From contig CAVWFS010000011.1 of the NCBI GenBank assembly GCA_963754315.1, forward strand, positions 192,001 to 256,000: 64,000 bases of DNA, read 5' to 3'. Of this stretch, positions 52,949-63,739 are shown piece after piece. How positions within the stretch are numbered: the first letter of the stretch is position 1; each line of letters starts with the position of its first letter. The position numbers and the translations under genes are program-made. Source of the DNA: an uncultured Candidatus Rokubacteria bacterium. GTDB lineage: Bacteria; Methylomirabilota; Methylomirabilia; Rokubacteriales; CSP1-6. The notes under the pieces are model-generated. The model worked only from the letters and a program-made list of their open reading frames with translations, had not been told where the DNA came from and did not search any database.

Positions 52949-54256
52949 CTACGCTACCCGGATCGTCTCCCGCAACTCGCGCGCGAAGATATCCTTGGGA
53001 ATCATGGCGTGCACGCCCTGATTGACGTCGACCACCTGCGTGATGCGAAAGTTCACCGCCATGCTCGCCAGGCCGTAGGCGTCGTGACGGCTCAGACCCG
53101 CGCGGCGGTTGAGGAATGCGATGGTGTTACGGAGCGCGATGCGGAACGCCTCGCTGAGGTCGCGATGCAGGCCGAGCGCGATCCAGTGCGACTCCGTCTC
53201 CGCGAACGGCCATTCCCAGCCCGCTCGCTCGTGGCGGTGGACCTGCACACGCACCTCGCGCATCCCGGTCTCGAGCGCGGTCAGGTTGACCTCTCCGTCG
53301 GCCTGAAGCGCGTGCGAGTCGCCCGTGAAGATCTTGCCGCCCGGCTGCCAGACGGGTACGTAGAGCACGCTGCCCTCCTGCAATTCACGGAGGTCCAGGT
53401 TGCCCGCGTGCTGCCCGGGCGGCACTGAGCTGACGATGCCCGGCGCGATCCGGCCGACGACCTCGCGGTCCTCGGGCGCCGCCAGGCCGAAGGTCCCCTG
53501 GAACGGCCCGAGCGGCAGCGTGATAGCGGGGGAAAACTTGGCGACGTTCCGGGCCACGTCGATCTCCAAGAACTTGATCTGACCCTCGGGGAATTCGTCG
53601 GGAAGCGCGCCACTCCTGAATTCTCCTGGGTTGTTCATGTTCGCGCCCCAGTCGAACGGCGTGAGCTTGAGGAACCGGAAGCTCAACATGTCGCCGGGCT
53701 GGGCGCCCCGGACGCTGACGGGCCCGACGATCGAGTGCGGTCCCCTGGTCGGATTCTCATGTCGAAACTGGACGATCTGGGGGATCGAGACGCCCGGCTG
53801 GAACCGGTTCATGAAGCTCGTCCAGGTGTTCGGGTACACCACGGTGTCGCCGGAGTCGATCTGCACGATGTCGGGCCGCGTTCCCTCGAAGGCGCCCAGA
53901 CGTACCGTGTCCGGGGTCGACTCGACGGTGTGAGTGCGGCCTCCCGGCGCGGCGGTACCGCCGCCGCCGCGGAGCGTCGAGCAGGCCGCGAGAAGGGTCG
54001 AGGGCGCCACCGACGCCAGCAGACCGAGGAAGCCACCGACGCCGACCAGTCGGCGACGGGAGACGCGATGCGAGGCCACGTAGGGTTCCAGCGCCTCGCG
54101 ATTCACCTCGTCCATGTGCTGCAGGCGGTCACGCGTGGACGGGGTCAGCGCGGCCTCCACCGCGTCCCCATCCATCATGTACGATCGCCCGCCGCCGTCG
54201 CCACATCCGAGCAACCCGCCGCAGGATCGATAGTGCTCGCTGCCGTCGCTTCCCAT
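52949..54256 (-). CDS. Acetamidase/formamidase family protein
   Basis: GPH..GP..V.GA.PGD, PPG..GN.D, GDSH..Q.DGEV..TALE. Confidence 0.85.
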   Translation of the reverse strand: MGSDGSEHYRSCGGLLGCGDGGGRSYMMDGDAVEAALTPSTRDRLQHMDEVNREALEPYVASHRVSRRRLVGVGGFLGLLASVAPSTLLAACSTLRGGGGTAAPGGRTHTVESTPDTVRLGAFEGTRPDIVQIDSGDTVVYPNTWTSFMNRFQPGVSIPQIVQFRHENPTRGPHSIVGPVSVRGAQPGDMLSFRFLKLTPFDWGANMNNPGEFRSGALPDEFPEGQIKFLEIDVARNVAKFSPAITLPLGPFQGTFGLAAPEDREVVGRIAPGIVSSVPPGQHAGNLDLRELQEGSVLYVPVWQPGGKIFTGDSHALQADGEVNLTALETGMREVRVQVHRHERAGWEWPFAETESHWIALGLHRDLSEAFRIALRNTIAFLNRRAGLSRHDAYGLASMAVNFRITQVVDVNQGVHAMIPKDIFARELRETIRVA

Positions 54257-54316
54257 GTCTGGCTCCGTCAGCCTCCTGGTGCGTCTCAGAACAGGACCAT
54301 GACCCGCATGGTCATC

Positions 54317-54645
54317 TCAGTCGCCGGTGAACTGGTCGAGCCGCTGAGCGCAAGGGACCGACTGTCTCTGGGGAGGGGACCGGGGGGCTCCTCGTGCCCG
54401 GTTCGTGCACAGATCCGCGCGAGCACCTCGCCCTCCCACCGCGAATCGCGCCCGGGCGAGTCGCCAGATGGTGATGTCAGTACGGGCCATGACGGACGCG
54501 GTACGCGGCGAATCGATCAGCAGTGCCATCTCCCCGAAGCACTCCCCGGCCTGCAGCACGATATGTGAGCCGTCGGCCACCGATTCCGTATCCACCACGA
54601 TACCAGCCTCACCCGACGGATCACATAGAGAGCGTTGCCCAGCTT
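54317..54645 (-). pseudogene. cNMP-binding domain fragment
   Basis: GECFGEMALLIDSPRTASV; frameshifted and isolated. Confidence 0.6.
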
Positions 54646-54702
54646 TACCGTCTTGACGGCCCCGGACCGGGTCCCTAGAGTCGAGCCACCCCTCGAGGAG
54701 GT

Positions 54703-55542
54703 GTGTCGATGCGCACGAAGACTCTCATCGCGTTGGTTATCGCCCTCGTCGCCGGCCTCGGCGCAGCCGACCGGAGACCGCTGGGGGCCCAGGGGGGTCA
54801 GGTCCAGGTCCTGTGGCTCGGGCAGGCCGCCTTCCGTCTCACCACACCCAGCGGAAAGGTGATCATGATCGATCCCTTCCTCACCGATAACCCCAAAACA
54901 CCCTCGGCCTGGAAGAGCCTCGACGCCCTCGGCAAGATCGATCTCATCCTCGTCACCCACGCCCACGGCGATCACCTGGGAGACGCACCGGCACTGGCCC
55001 GGAAGAACAACGCCCCTCTCTGGGGGCCGGCCGGCATGAACCAGTCGCTGGTCACTCTCGGGGTGCTCCCCGCTGAGCTGGCACCGCGGATGAACAAGGG
55101 CGGGGTGATCACCCCCCTCGGGCCGAACATCAAGATCACAATGACACGGGCGGAGCACAGCTCGGAGTTGCTCTGGGGAAACCCTCTGACCGGCAAGGAC
55201 GAGACCCATGTGGGTGGCGAGCCAGTCGGCTTCATCATCGAGTTCGAGAACGGTTCCAAGCTTTACCACATGGGGGACACGGGACTCTTTGCCGACATGA
55301 AGTTCATCGGCGAGTACTACAAGCCCGACCTCGTGCTGATCCCCATCGGTGGCCACTTCGTGATGAGCCCGCAGGATGCGGCCTACGCCACCCGGGAGTA
55401 CTTGCGGCCCAAGCTCGCCGTCCCTATGCACTACGGCACCTTCCCCGTCCTCAAGGGAACCCCGGAGGAGTACATTCAGGCGCTGGGGACGACCAGCACC
55501 AGAGTGGTGCCGCTCAACCCCGGGGATGCCCTGCTCTTCTGA
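54703..55542 (+). CDS. Metallo-beta-lactamase-fold hydrolase (UPF0173-like), exported
   Basis: THAHGDH, AEHSS, HMGDT, PMHYGTF; signal peptide. Confidence 0.85.
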   Translation: MSMRTKTLIALVIALVAGLGAADRRPLGAQGGQVQVLWLGQAAFRLTTPSGKVIMIDPFLTDNPKTPSAWKSLDALGKIDLILVTHAHGDHLGDAPALARKNNAPLWGPAGMNQSLVTLGVLPAELAPRMNKGGVITPLGPNIKITMTRAEHSSELLWGNPLTGKDETHVGGEPVGFIIEFENGSKLYHMGDTGLFADMKFIGEYYKPDLVLIPIGGHFVMSPQDAAYATREYLRPKLAVPMHYGTFPVLKGTPEEYIQALGTTSTRVVPLNPGDALLF

Positions 55543-55714
55543 GCGGGGACGCCGGGCGAGTGTCCCCAGATCAGCGTCGGATCAACCCTTGCCGCCGGCC
55601 GGGGTTTTGGTGAACGACAAGGTCTACGAGGAGGCCGTCGAGCTCCTCCACACGTAGTCGCTTCGGGTGGTCGCGGGGTAACGGCCCGGGGAGCGCACGG
55701 GCTAGAATCGTCCC

Positions 55715-56791
55715 GTGTTCTTGACGAGCGCGCCCGCCGCCCACCAGGGGCCATCCGGAGCCAGCCACAGGACGGTCGCCGAGCCCTCGTCCGGCCCGTG
55801 GCTTTTCTCCGCGCGCGCCGACTTCTGGGGCGCCGCGGCGGGAGGCGGCGTCCTGCTGGCCGCGCTGGCGCTGGTCCTCGCATGGCGAGGCGATCGCGAG
55901 CTATCCGTGGCCGACATCGTCCTGGGCGAGCTGCATCTGGGCGCTACCTACGACGCCATCGTGCGGCGACGGCTGTGGGTGCGGATGCCTGTCGACGTGC
56001 TCGTGATGCCACTCGCGATCGTCGCCGCCACGTACCTCTTGATCCTGAATGACCAGGCGCTCCTCGTGACCACGACAGTCCTCTACCTCGGCGCCTGGCA
56101 TCGCGGCCGCCAGGCGCTCGGCATCGCCCGCCACTACCAGCGTCGCGCCGGGGGGCCGGCGTCGCCCGCGCACCGCTGGTTGCTCTCGGCCGCCTTCTAT
56201 CTCCCGATGATCGCCGCGGTCGCGTACTACACGAGCACCGCGCCGGATCACGAGGGCGAGCCGTTCCATCAGCTCGCGCTCGGCCCGGACGTTCTGTGGG
56301 CGCTGGCGGGCCTGGCCGGCGCCGGCGTGCTGGCTTACCTCGCCCTGACGATCGGCCGCGTCGCGGTGCCCGGGAGGGAGCCTTCGGGAACCGTCGGCGC
56401 CACGCAGGCCGGCATTCACCCCGGCGAACGCTGGCTCGTTCTGGCGAACGCGCTGGGCTTTGGCAGCGCCTACGTGCTCGGCGCCTGGAATTCGTGGTTC
56501 GTGATCGTCCTCGCCATTCACCACGAGGTGCAGTATCTCTTCTTTACCTACGCCGTCGCGCGGCGGACCCAGGGCAGTGGTCGAGGCGCGATCGTGGAGA
56601 TCCGCCGGCTGGCACGGTTCGCGGTGTGGCCGGTCGTCGGGCTCGCATCCTGGGCGGCGTGCACGATGACGGGGATCGCCGGTCTCGAGCCCTTCCTGAT
56701 CGCCGGGCTTCTCGGCCACTACTGGCTGGACGGGCGCATCTGGAACGCGCGCGCGCGGCGCTTGGCGACCGACAACCATCTGGCAGTGTGA
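55715..56791 (+). CDS. Polytopic membrane protein with conserved His motifs
   Basis: Several TM helices; HLGATY, WHRGRQ, HHEVQY, HYWLDG. Confidence 0.65.
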   Translation: MFLTSAPAAHQGPSGASHRTVAEPSSGPWLFSARADFWGAAAGGGVLLAALALVLAWRGDRELSVADIVLGELHLGATYDAIVRRRLWVRMPVDVLVMPLAIVAATYLLILNDQALLVTTTVLYLGAWHRGRQALGIARHYQRRAGGPASPAHRWLLSAAFYLPMIAAVAYYTSTAPDHEGEPFHQLALGPDVLWALAGLAGAGVLAYLALTIGRVAVPGREPSGTVGATQAGIHPGERWLVLANALGFGSAYVLGAWNSWFVIVLAIHHEVQYLFFTYAVARRTQGSGRGAIVEIRRLARFAVWPVVGLASWAACTMTGIAGLEPFLIAGLLGHYWLDGRIWNARARRLATDNHLAV

Positions 56792-56945
56792 TCTTGCACG
56801 CGAGGTGAAGACCAGCTCAAGGACAGAGCCATCGCGTCGCCGCTCCTGGACGTCGGCGTATCGATTGATGAGGTCGAGCATCCGCACATTGTCGGCCAGG
56901 ACGGCCGCGCGCCATCGAGGAGCGAGAACACGATCGTCGGGCGAC

Positions 56946-57569
56946 TCAACGACTTGTTTGGATCACGCGTAGCTCTCCGTTCTCGAAGTGAAGCCGAGCG
57001 CCTCCGCGATAGACCCACTCCTCGGCCTTCCCGCTCGCCGAGATCGTCTCGTTGATTTTGAGCGGAGGACCCCACGCCATGGCCGCTTGCTCCGTGGTCA
57101 TCCCGGTGATCGCCTTCCTAGCCAGAACGGCGGCCTCGATGTCGCTCGGCCATTGCTGCGCCTTGATCGCCGCCTCCCGCGCCTTGATCTTGGCTTCCCG
57201 TATCTCCCGTTGCCGCCCGCGCAGCCAGTCAGAGGCGGTCCCGATCTCGATGCGCAGGGTCCTGCCCTTCTCAGACAATGTGGACACCTTCATGAAATCG
57301 GTCCAGATCAAATCAATGCGGCTCTTCAACTCGTCGTACCTCACGGACGATTGTTCGCTGGCGGGCTTTGCCCGTTCCCTCTTATAGGCCTGGACGATCT
57401 CCTCCGCTTCCTTCATGAGCGCCCATGGGCTCGCGCTCGATTGCGCACTCACAGGGTCGGGCACGTAGAGCCCGAACAGATCAGCCGCCCCGATCAGGAT
57501 GACGAAGGAGAGCCGCGACACGCCCAGTGCGTGGACGGCCAGCATGTGCCGAAACATCGTTGTCTTCAT
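56946..57569 (-). CDS. Exported hypothetical protein
   Basis: GAGGAGG RBS; C-terminal GMT.EQ..MAWG.P..IN.T......EEWVY motif. Confidence 0.65.
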   Translation of the reverse strand: MKTTMFRHMLAVHALGVSRLSFVILIGAADLFGLYVPDPVSAQSSASPWALMKEAEEIVQAYKRERAKPASEQSSVRYDELKSRIDLIWTDFMKVSTLSEKGRTLRIEIGTASDWLRGRQREIREAKIKAREAAIKAQQWPSDIEAAVLARKAITGMTTEQAAMAWGPPLKINETISASGKAEEWVYRGGARLHFENGELRVIQTSR

Positions 57570-58080
57570 GGCTCTCCTCCTCTCTCAGGGGTGTGTGAAC
57601 GACTTCCTCATGACGACGCCTGGCGAAGCGGGATGACCTGGCCCGTGCTCGGGGCCGAGGGCGCAGGCGATCATGGTTGGCGCCGGTCTCGATATCGGCC
57701 CTCTTCGCCATCGGGACTCCGCGACTTCACGTTCAAGTGGCCCTCTCCTCGCGGTCCTGTGGGCCGTGCCCTTTCAAGCACGAGCGGATCGACCGCTCAA
57801 GAGTTCAACGCCAGCGCCGTGGCGCGGAAAGAGGGGACCCGCTGGCCACAATATCCTTGAGCACAATCCCGTATCGGCTGCGGAGTCTATCACGCAGGAG
57901 ATAGGGCCGAGTCAGCTAGGGCCGAGTCGCAGGGGGTTTTTTCCGAGGGCGCAGGGGACTTTTTCGCCTGGTCTCGATCCGCTCACTCGGTCCATACTCG
58001 GCCCCAACCATCTGACTTCATATGTCGTGATCGGTCTCCAGAAGACGGGGAGTCCGGGCTAAGACTGCGGATAACAACAG

Positions 58081-58689
58081 ATGACGCCTTTTGAGAACGT
58101 GACTCGGGACCATCGACACGGATTGGGAATGCGCTTGCTCGGGTCGGCGGGCCGTCAGCGAGCATGCTTGCTGACGGTGGTCGTGACGCTCGCGGGCTGC
58201 GCCAGCCTGGCCATCCGGCCGTGCGATACGATCGAGGACCGCGACGGCAAGTACGTCGGCCGCTTCTTCCTGGGCGTGGCCACGCTAGGCCTCTCCGAGG
58301 TGACCATCCAGCAGGAGGAGATTCGCCAGGTCTACGAGGGCTCTCCGGGATGCCCGCCTCCTGCGGGAGTGCGGGTGGTCTCGGCTTCAGTACCGAACCC
58401 GGCCGGCGGTCAATCCGTCGCCGTGGGCACGCTCGTCAATGGGGCACCCTGGACGATCGTTCTCTATCTGAACCAGGACCCTGATGTGCCTGGTGCGCCG
58501 CCCTTGACCTTTCTCGAGCCGGGCGCCAACATCCAGCTTGCCTTCCGACCTGGGCACTACCGCCTGGTGGCGCGTCCGACCGGTGCCGCGCCCGGCACGC
58601 TGCCCCGCGTGACCTGGAGCCGACAGGTCGAGATCGACCCACGAGTTCGGGGGTTCACGCTCCAGTTTAACGGGGCGGATTTCAAGTGA
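58081..58689 (+). CDS. Putative lipoprotein
   Basis: LAGC lipobox after a hydrophobic stretch. Confidence 0.55.
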   Translation: MTPFENVTRDHRHGLGMRLLGSAGRQRACLLTVVVTLAGCASLAIRPCDTIEDRDGKYVGRFFLGVATLGLSEVTIQQEEIRQVYEGSPGCPPPAGVRVVSASVPNPAGGQSVAVGTLVNGAPWTIVLYLNQDPDVPGAPPLTFLEPGANIQLAFRPGHYRLVARPTGAAPGTLPRVTWSRQVEIDPRVRGFTLQFNGADFK

Positions 58690-58778
58690 CACGGCGTCAG
58701 CCGCGCATGCTCGACAAATCGGTGGGGCGCTCGGCGCTGACCGACTGAGCGCGGCGCCAGGGGTCGCCGCCGTCGGCG

Positions 58779-59780
58779 TCACCCCGACGGCCGGGCTACG
58801 TGTTCGTCGAGGAACGCCTCGATCCGCCGTTGGAAGGCAGCCGTCACGGCCGGATCGCCCCACCAGATGAGGTGGCCGAACTGGTCGACGGTGACGAGTT
58901 CGGCGTTCGGGATGGCGCCCGCGGCGTGGGTCGAGTTCACGTACCCGATGTCGCCGTCGTGGCGGCTGCCGACGACGAGCGTCGGGACGGTGATCTGCCC
59001 CAGCGGGAGCTCGTCGAGCTGCTGCTGGACGGCGAGGTCGTTGCTGACGCCGTCGAACCTCGGCAGCGCCGGAACCATCGCGTCGGCCATCGCCATCACC
59101 TGCCGCCGCTGCGCCGGGTCCGCGAGGATCTGATCGATGAAACGCTTGCCGGTCGCCTTGTCGTAGGTCGTCTCGGTGCGCACGAAGTCCTGCATGGCCA
59201 GCTTCGGCATGCGCTTCATCGCCTGGTTGATCAGGAAGTAGGCGGGATCCTGTCCCCGGCGGGACATGACGAGGCGCCCCAGCGTGCTGTTGAGCTGGTC
59301 TTCGGAGAGCTGAGTCCGGCGTGAGATGGCCGAGAGCAGGATCAGCGCCTGGGTCCGCCGCTCGTGGCGAAGCGCAAACCGCAGCGCGGCAGGCCCGCCC
59401 GCCGAGAGCCCGACCACGGCCACCCGATCGATCCCGAGCGTGTCCAAGAGCGCGGCGGCGACGTCGGCCTGCGCCTCCGGTGCGCCATGGTCGGCCAGCG
59501 GGGTGCCGAGATAGCCCGGCCGGTCCGGCGTCAACAGGCGATAGCCGGCCGTCACGAGGTGCTCGAGGAAGAACCAGCCGTTGTGGCCGACGCCGCCGCC
59601 GTGGAAGTGCAGGACCGTCGGACCCTGCCCGCGCAGGTCGTACTCCACCGGGCCTATCGCCGTCGTCGCCACGACGCTCGTCTCGGACGCGCGTCGTCGC
59701 TGCGCCTCCAGCCAGCGGCGGTAGTACCCGAACAGCCCCGACGCGGCGACGACGGCGGCGAGCGCTATCAGCCTCCCCAC
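58779..59780 (-). CDS. Membrane-anchored alpha/beta hydrolase
   Basis: HGG, RPGY, GLSAGG, GH. Confidence 0.85.
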   Translation of the reverse strand: MGRLIALAAVVAASGLFGYYRRWLEAQRRRASETSVVATTAIGPVEYDLRGQGPTVLHFHGGGVGHNGWFFLEHLVTAGYRLLTPDRPGYLGTPLADHGAPEAQADVAAALLDTLGIDRVAVVGLSAGGPAALRFALRHERRTQALILLSAISRRTQLSEDQLNSTLGRLVMSRRGQDPAYFLINQAMKRMPKLAMQDFVRTETTYDKATGKRFIDQILADPAQRRQVMAMADAMVPALPRFDGVSNDLAVQQQLDELPLGQITVPTLVVGSRHDGDIGYVNSTHAAGAIPNAELVTVDQFGHLIWWGDPAVTAAFQRRIEAFLDEHVARPSG

Positions 59781-59921
59781 GAGGCTCAGTCTGTCACGGC
59801 GCGTAGGCAGGATAAAGGCCCTGTTAGCAAGCCGTGCGCGAGAAGCGGCCGCCGCGCTTCACGGTACGCGCGGGGGCCAGCCCTCCTTCGCAGAGGAACT
59901 GATCGCTTGGACCACGCGCCT

Positions 59922-61067
59922 TTACGCTCCCCCCAGCCCGTAGAGCGCCGCGGCATTGTCGTGAGTCAGCTTGCGGCGCGTCCCCGGCGATAGGTGCTGC
60001 ATCTGCCGCTCGATCGCTGCTCGCGAGTTGGGCCAGACGCTGTCGGGATGCGGATAGTCCGAGGCCCACAAGAGGTGCCCCTCGCCGAAGAACGGGATGA
60101 GCGCCATCGCGACGTGGTCGTCCTGGAACGTTGCGTAGATCTGCCGCTTGAAGAGCTCGCTCGGCTTCGTGACGAGCGCGCTGCCGCCCTTGTCGGCCCA
60201 GAACTCCTTGGCCTCCCAGAGCCGCCAGTGGCGGTAGTCGAGCTCCTGGACGAGCCAGGGGAGCCATCCGGTGCCGGCCTCGGCCATCACCATGCGTAAC
60301 TTCGGGTGCCGCTCGAGGATGCCCCAGGCGAAGAGGTCGACGAAGGGCTCGAGGAAGTTCGCGAGGAAGAACTTGGTGTTCTCGAAGACGCTCGCTGCTT
60401 TGCCGATGGCACGATCGCCCGGCTTGCCGACGAACACCGTGATGTGCCACGAGAGAATGACGCCGCGCTCCTCGAGGGTGTGCCAGAGCGGCTCCCACGC
60501 CGGGTCGTCGAGCTTCGGGTTGATGTTGGCGATCATCAGATTGACCTGGCGCACGCCGCCCTTCGCGATGAGGCGTTCGAGCTCGGCGAGCGCGGCCTCG
60601 GGCGTCTCCGGCAGCATGGGCAGGCCGATGAGCCGATCCGGCGCCGCCTTGCAGAAATCGAGCAGCCAGTCGTTGTAGACGCGGTAGCAGGCGGAGCGCA
60701 GGACGGGATCGTCGGTCGAGATCTGGAAGATCGGCCCGAAGATCACCTGTGTCTCGACGCCGTCGCGGTCCATGTCGGCGAGACGCAGCTCGGGGATGGC
60801 CGGGCGGCGCGCGCTCTGGTCGTAGATGGCGGCACGGTCGAAGGCGTTGTAGAGCGCTTTGACCTGGCGCGCCGCACCGGTCGCGGGCGGCTTGCCGTCC
60901 CAGCGGCCCCAGACCTTGCCGTCGCAGACCCACACCGCCTGTCCGTCGCGCTCCTCGACGTGCGGCGCGCGGTCGAGCAGCGAAGCTGGCAGCCGCGTCG
61001 TCCACAAATCCGCGGGCAGCTGGCTGAGGTCCATGTGATCGTCGCAGGAGATGAGCCGGTCAGTCAT
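59922..61067 (-). CDS. Amidohydrolase_2 family metallo-enzyme
   Basis: ISCDDH, YNDWL, EAGTGW, WASDYPH. Confidence 0.85.
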   Translation of the reverse strand: MTDRLISCDDHMDLSQLPADLWTTRLPASLLDRAPHVEERDGQAVWVCDGKVWGRWDGKPPATGAARQVKALYNAFDRAAIYDQSARRPAIPELRLADMDRDGVETQVIFGPIFQISTDDPVLRSACYRVYNDWLLDFCKAAPDRLIGLPMLPETPEAALAELERLIAKGGVRQVNLMIANINPKLDDPAWEPLWHTLEERGVILSWHITVFVGKPGDRAIGKAASVFENTKFFLANFLEPFVDLFAWGILERHPKLRMVMAEAGTGWLPWLVQELDYRHWRLWEAKEFWADKGGSALVTKPSELFKRQIYATFQDDHVAMALIPFFGEGHLLWASDYPHPDSVWPNSRAAIERQMQHLSPGTRRKLTHDNAAALYGLGGA

Positions 61068-61088
61068 GTGATCCTCCAGGGGCGGGCC

Positions 61089-61526
61089 TTACTTTTTTGC
61101 CGCCAACATGTCGCGGATTCCGCGCAGCGCCAGCGCATAGCCGGCAATGCCGAATCCTGCCACAACGCTCTGGCTCACGGCGGCGGTCTGCGACGCGGGC
61201 CCGCGACGGATCGGGTTCGAAATGTGCACTTCGATGGTCGGGAACTTCACCTGCGAGATGGCCGCCACGAGGGCCGGATAGCCAGTGCCGAACGCCGCTG
61301 GGTTGAAGATCGCAGCATCGAAACCCTGATCGTTTGCCGTGTAGAGCCTGTTGACGAGCTCGCCCTCGATGTTCGAGTGAAAGATCTCGACGTCAACGCC
61401 GAGCTCCTTGGCATAGCCGCGAATGCGCTCGTCGTATTCGGGTAGCGTCATCGGGCCGAAGATGTCGACCTGCACCTTGCCGCGCATATTCATGCCGGCG
61501 CCGTGGATCACGAGAACTCTGGGCAT
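61089..61526 (-). CDS. Type II dehydroquinase (AroQ)-fold protein with a substituted active-site lid
   Basis: HSNIEGE, NPAAF, EVHISN, G.G..GY..AL are conserved; the NGPN..RE...YG motif reads HGAG..VQ...FG. Confidence 0.75.
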   Translation of the reverse strand: MPRVLVIHGAGMNMRGKVQVDIFGPMTLPEYDERIRGYAKELGVDVEIFHSNIEGELVNRLYTANDQGFDAAIFNPAAFGTGYPALVAAISQVKFPTIEVHISNPIRRGPASQTAAVSQSVVAGFGIAGYALALRGIRDMLAAKK

Positions 61527-61556
61527 CGTGCTCTCCGTCAGAACCGGAATGCCGCT

Positions 61557-62402
61557 CTATGCGGGGACCGCGCCACCCATCGTCGTGCGATGCATCAAGC
61601 GGCGCTGCGGCATCTCGTAGTCCTGGAGCGCCCGATGCTGGACCATGCAGTTGTCCCACATCAGCACGTCGCCCGGGCGCCACTGATGGCGATACACAAA
61701 CACCGGCTTGACGATGTGATCCGCCAGTGCCGCGATCAACGCCTCTGCCTCCTCGGACTCCATTCCCTCGATGCCGGTGCAGTCGTCGCGCATCACGTAG
61801 AGGCACTTACGCCCCGTCGACGGATGGGTCCGCACGATGGGGTGGCGAACCGGAGGGTTGCGATCGATCTCCGCCTGAGTCGGCGGAAAGGACCGCTTGC
61901 GTCCCCGGAAATCGAACACGGCCCGCCGTCCCTCGAGGGTGCGCTTCATCGCATCCGGCAAGGCCTCCCAGGCCGCAGCGGCGCTGGCAAACTCGGTATC
62001 CCCGAGCGGGAGCCCGTGCAGCTCGGGGACCTCGATAGCGTAGAGCACGGTCCCGCGAGGCGGTCTCGCGGTGTAGCACATGTCGCTGTGCCAGTTCTCG
62101 CCGGCACGGAGAACGCCGGTCGGTCGACCGCCTTCCGTGATGTTGGACAGGACGACGATCTCGGGGTGGCCGGGCACGCTCCAGCGTTCACCGAAGATAT
62201 TGAATTCGACCGCGCCGAAGCGTCGCGTGAACGCGGCCTGCTGGGCGGGCGTGATCGACTGCCCACGGAAGAAGATGACACCGTACTCATTGTAGGCGCG
62301 ATCGATCGCGGCAAACGTGGCGTCGTCGAGCTGCTGGGAGAGATCCACCCCGGCGATCTCCGCGCCGAGCACGGCTGCGGTCGGAATGACCTTCATGGAC
62401 AT
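61557..62402 (-). CDS. TauD/TfdA family 2-oxoglutarate/Fe(II) dioxygenase
   Basis: WHSDM (HxD), GDTEFA, HP.VRTHP.TGRK, WDN...QHRA. Confidence 0.9.
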   Translation of the reverse strand: MSMKVIPTAAVLGAEIAGVDLSQQLDDATFAAIDRAYNEYGVIFFRGQSITPAQQAAFTRRFGAVEFNIFGERWSVPGHPEIVVLSNITEGGRPTGVLRAGENWHSDMCYTARPPRGTVLYAIEVPELHGLPLGDTEFASAAAAWEALPDAMKRTLEGRRAVFDFRGRKRSFPPTQAEIDRNPPVRHPIVRTHPSTGRKCLYVMRDDCTGIEGMESEEAEALIAALADHIVKPVFVYRHQWRPGDVLMWDNCMVQHRALQDYEMPQRRLMHRTTMGGAVPA

Positions 62403-62494
62403 TGTCGATCCCTTCGCTTGTCGCGCGTGAATCTTCGACGCGACCGGTTTACCACAACCCGCGCACTGTATCAAACGTCCGATTGATCGGACCG

Positions 62495-62634
62495 CAGTAG
62501 ACGTTCGGGTTGTGGTTGGTCAGCACCGCCACGCACAGGTCGGCCCGGAGGATCTGCTGGAGCATTTGAAGGGAAATCCGGCCTGGCTCCTGGAGCTGAT
62601 CCGACCGCAGCGGCTCGATCTGCTCCTGCTCCAT
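62495..62634 (-). pseudogene. Nucleoside 2-deoxyribosyltransferase/TIR-like fragment
   Basis: R.D....PG.I...M...I..ADL.VA.LT..NPNV, cut before the YELG motif. Confidence 0.5.
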
Positions 62635-63739
62635 GGCGGGCCGTCCAAATCGGGGCGCTTGACGTGCTGAAGCGGTTGAACCGGGAGGAGCGGGCGCGTG
62701 GCTAGAGGCCTTGCTGACGGGCTTCGTTGTTTGTCGGCACCTACGGATACACCAATTAAGGCTTGCCTCGGGACGGAGCTCCCCAGCGTCTACGATGGGG
62801 TTCGGTAATCCACAGGCCCTGACAGCCTACGTGCAACCGTACAGCTTGCCACCCTCCATCTCCAACTCATACTCCAGCTGGGCAGGCCAGATCCGAGCAT
62901 CGCATCATCCGAGACAGAGGCGATCGCTGCCATATCGAACCCGAGCTTCGATGGGCTCGTTACGAGGAAGGCTTCTCGCGGCCAGCTTGTCGCGGATGTC
63001 ATCGGCGAGGCTGTGGTCCGGCTTGACGGCTCACTCCCAAAGGCTGGCTGGCACGGTACCGATACTCGATGGCAGTTAGCGTTCGGCCCCGAGCTTCACC
63101 CGCTCCAACTCCCGGGCCGCGAAGCAGCGCACATGGACCTCGAACTTGTCCAGTCCGGGAGTAGCGCCGTCGTGTCCCCATACGGGGAACGGAATACGCA
63201 CTGTTCCGCGCACTTGAGTGCGCCTAGGGCTGAGTGACCCGGACGGCTCACACTAGACCTGGTACACGATATCCCCGCAAGAACACTATGTGGCCGGGGC
63301 CGAAAACGCCGCATGATGGGCGACAAATTATCGAACGCGATGCGTGAGCAGATTCCGGCCGTGGCTCGAAACGCATCAAGGCACGCCGAGAGGAATTCCA
63401 AAGCGGCCCGGTTCGCCCAGGCGGAATTCTGAGAGTCATTAGCTGGTGACGGTCCGGCGCCTGTGGGCCCGCCTGGGCCCTGGATTTGAGCCATGCTATG
63501 CTCTGGGCCCGTGGGGCTTCCGTGAACGCCTCTCCGATCGTGTTCCATCTGGCGCGCGTCGGCCGTCACTCCGCCCGGCCACAGGGAAATTGATTGCCTG
63601 CCGCGGCATTCTCGCGGTCGGCTCTGCCGTCGTGGTGAATGGACAGCATCATGCTGTTACCGAAGCCGCCGCCCCTGCGCGCGGCCGGAATGGGTATTTC
63701 CCTTGGCCCGACCGATGTCGATCCTGAGTCTTTTCGCAG

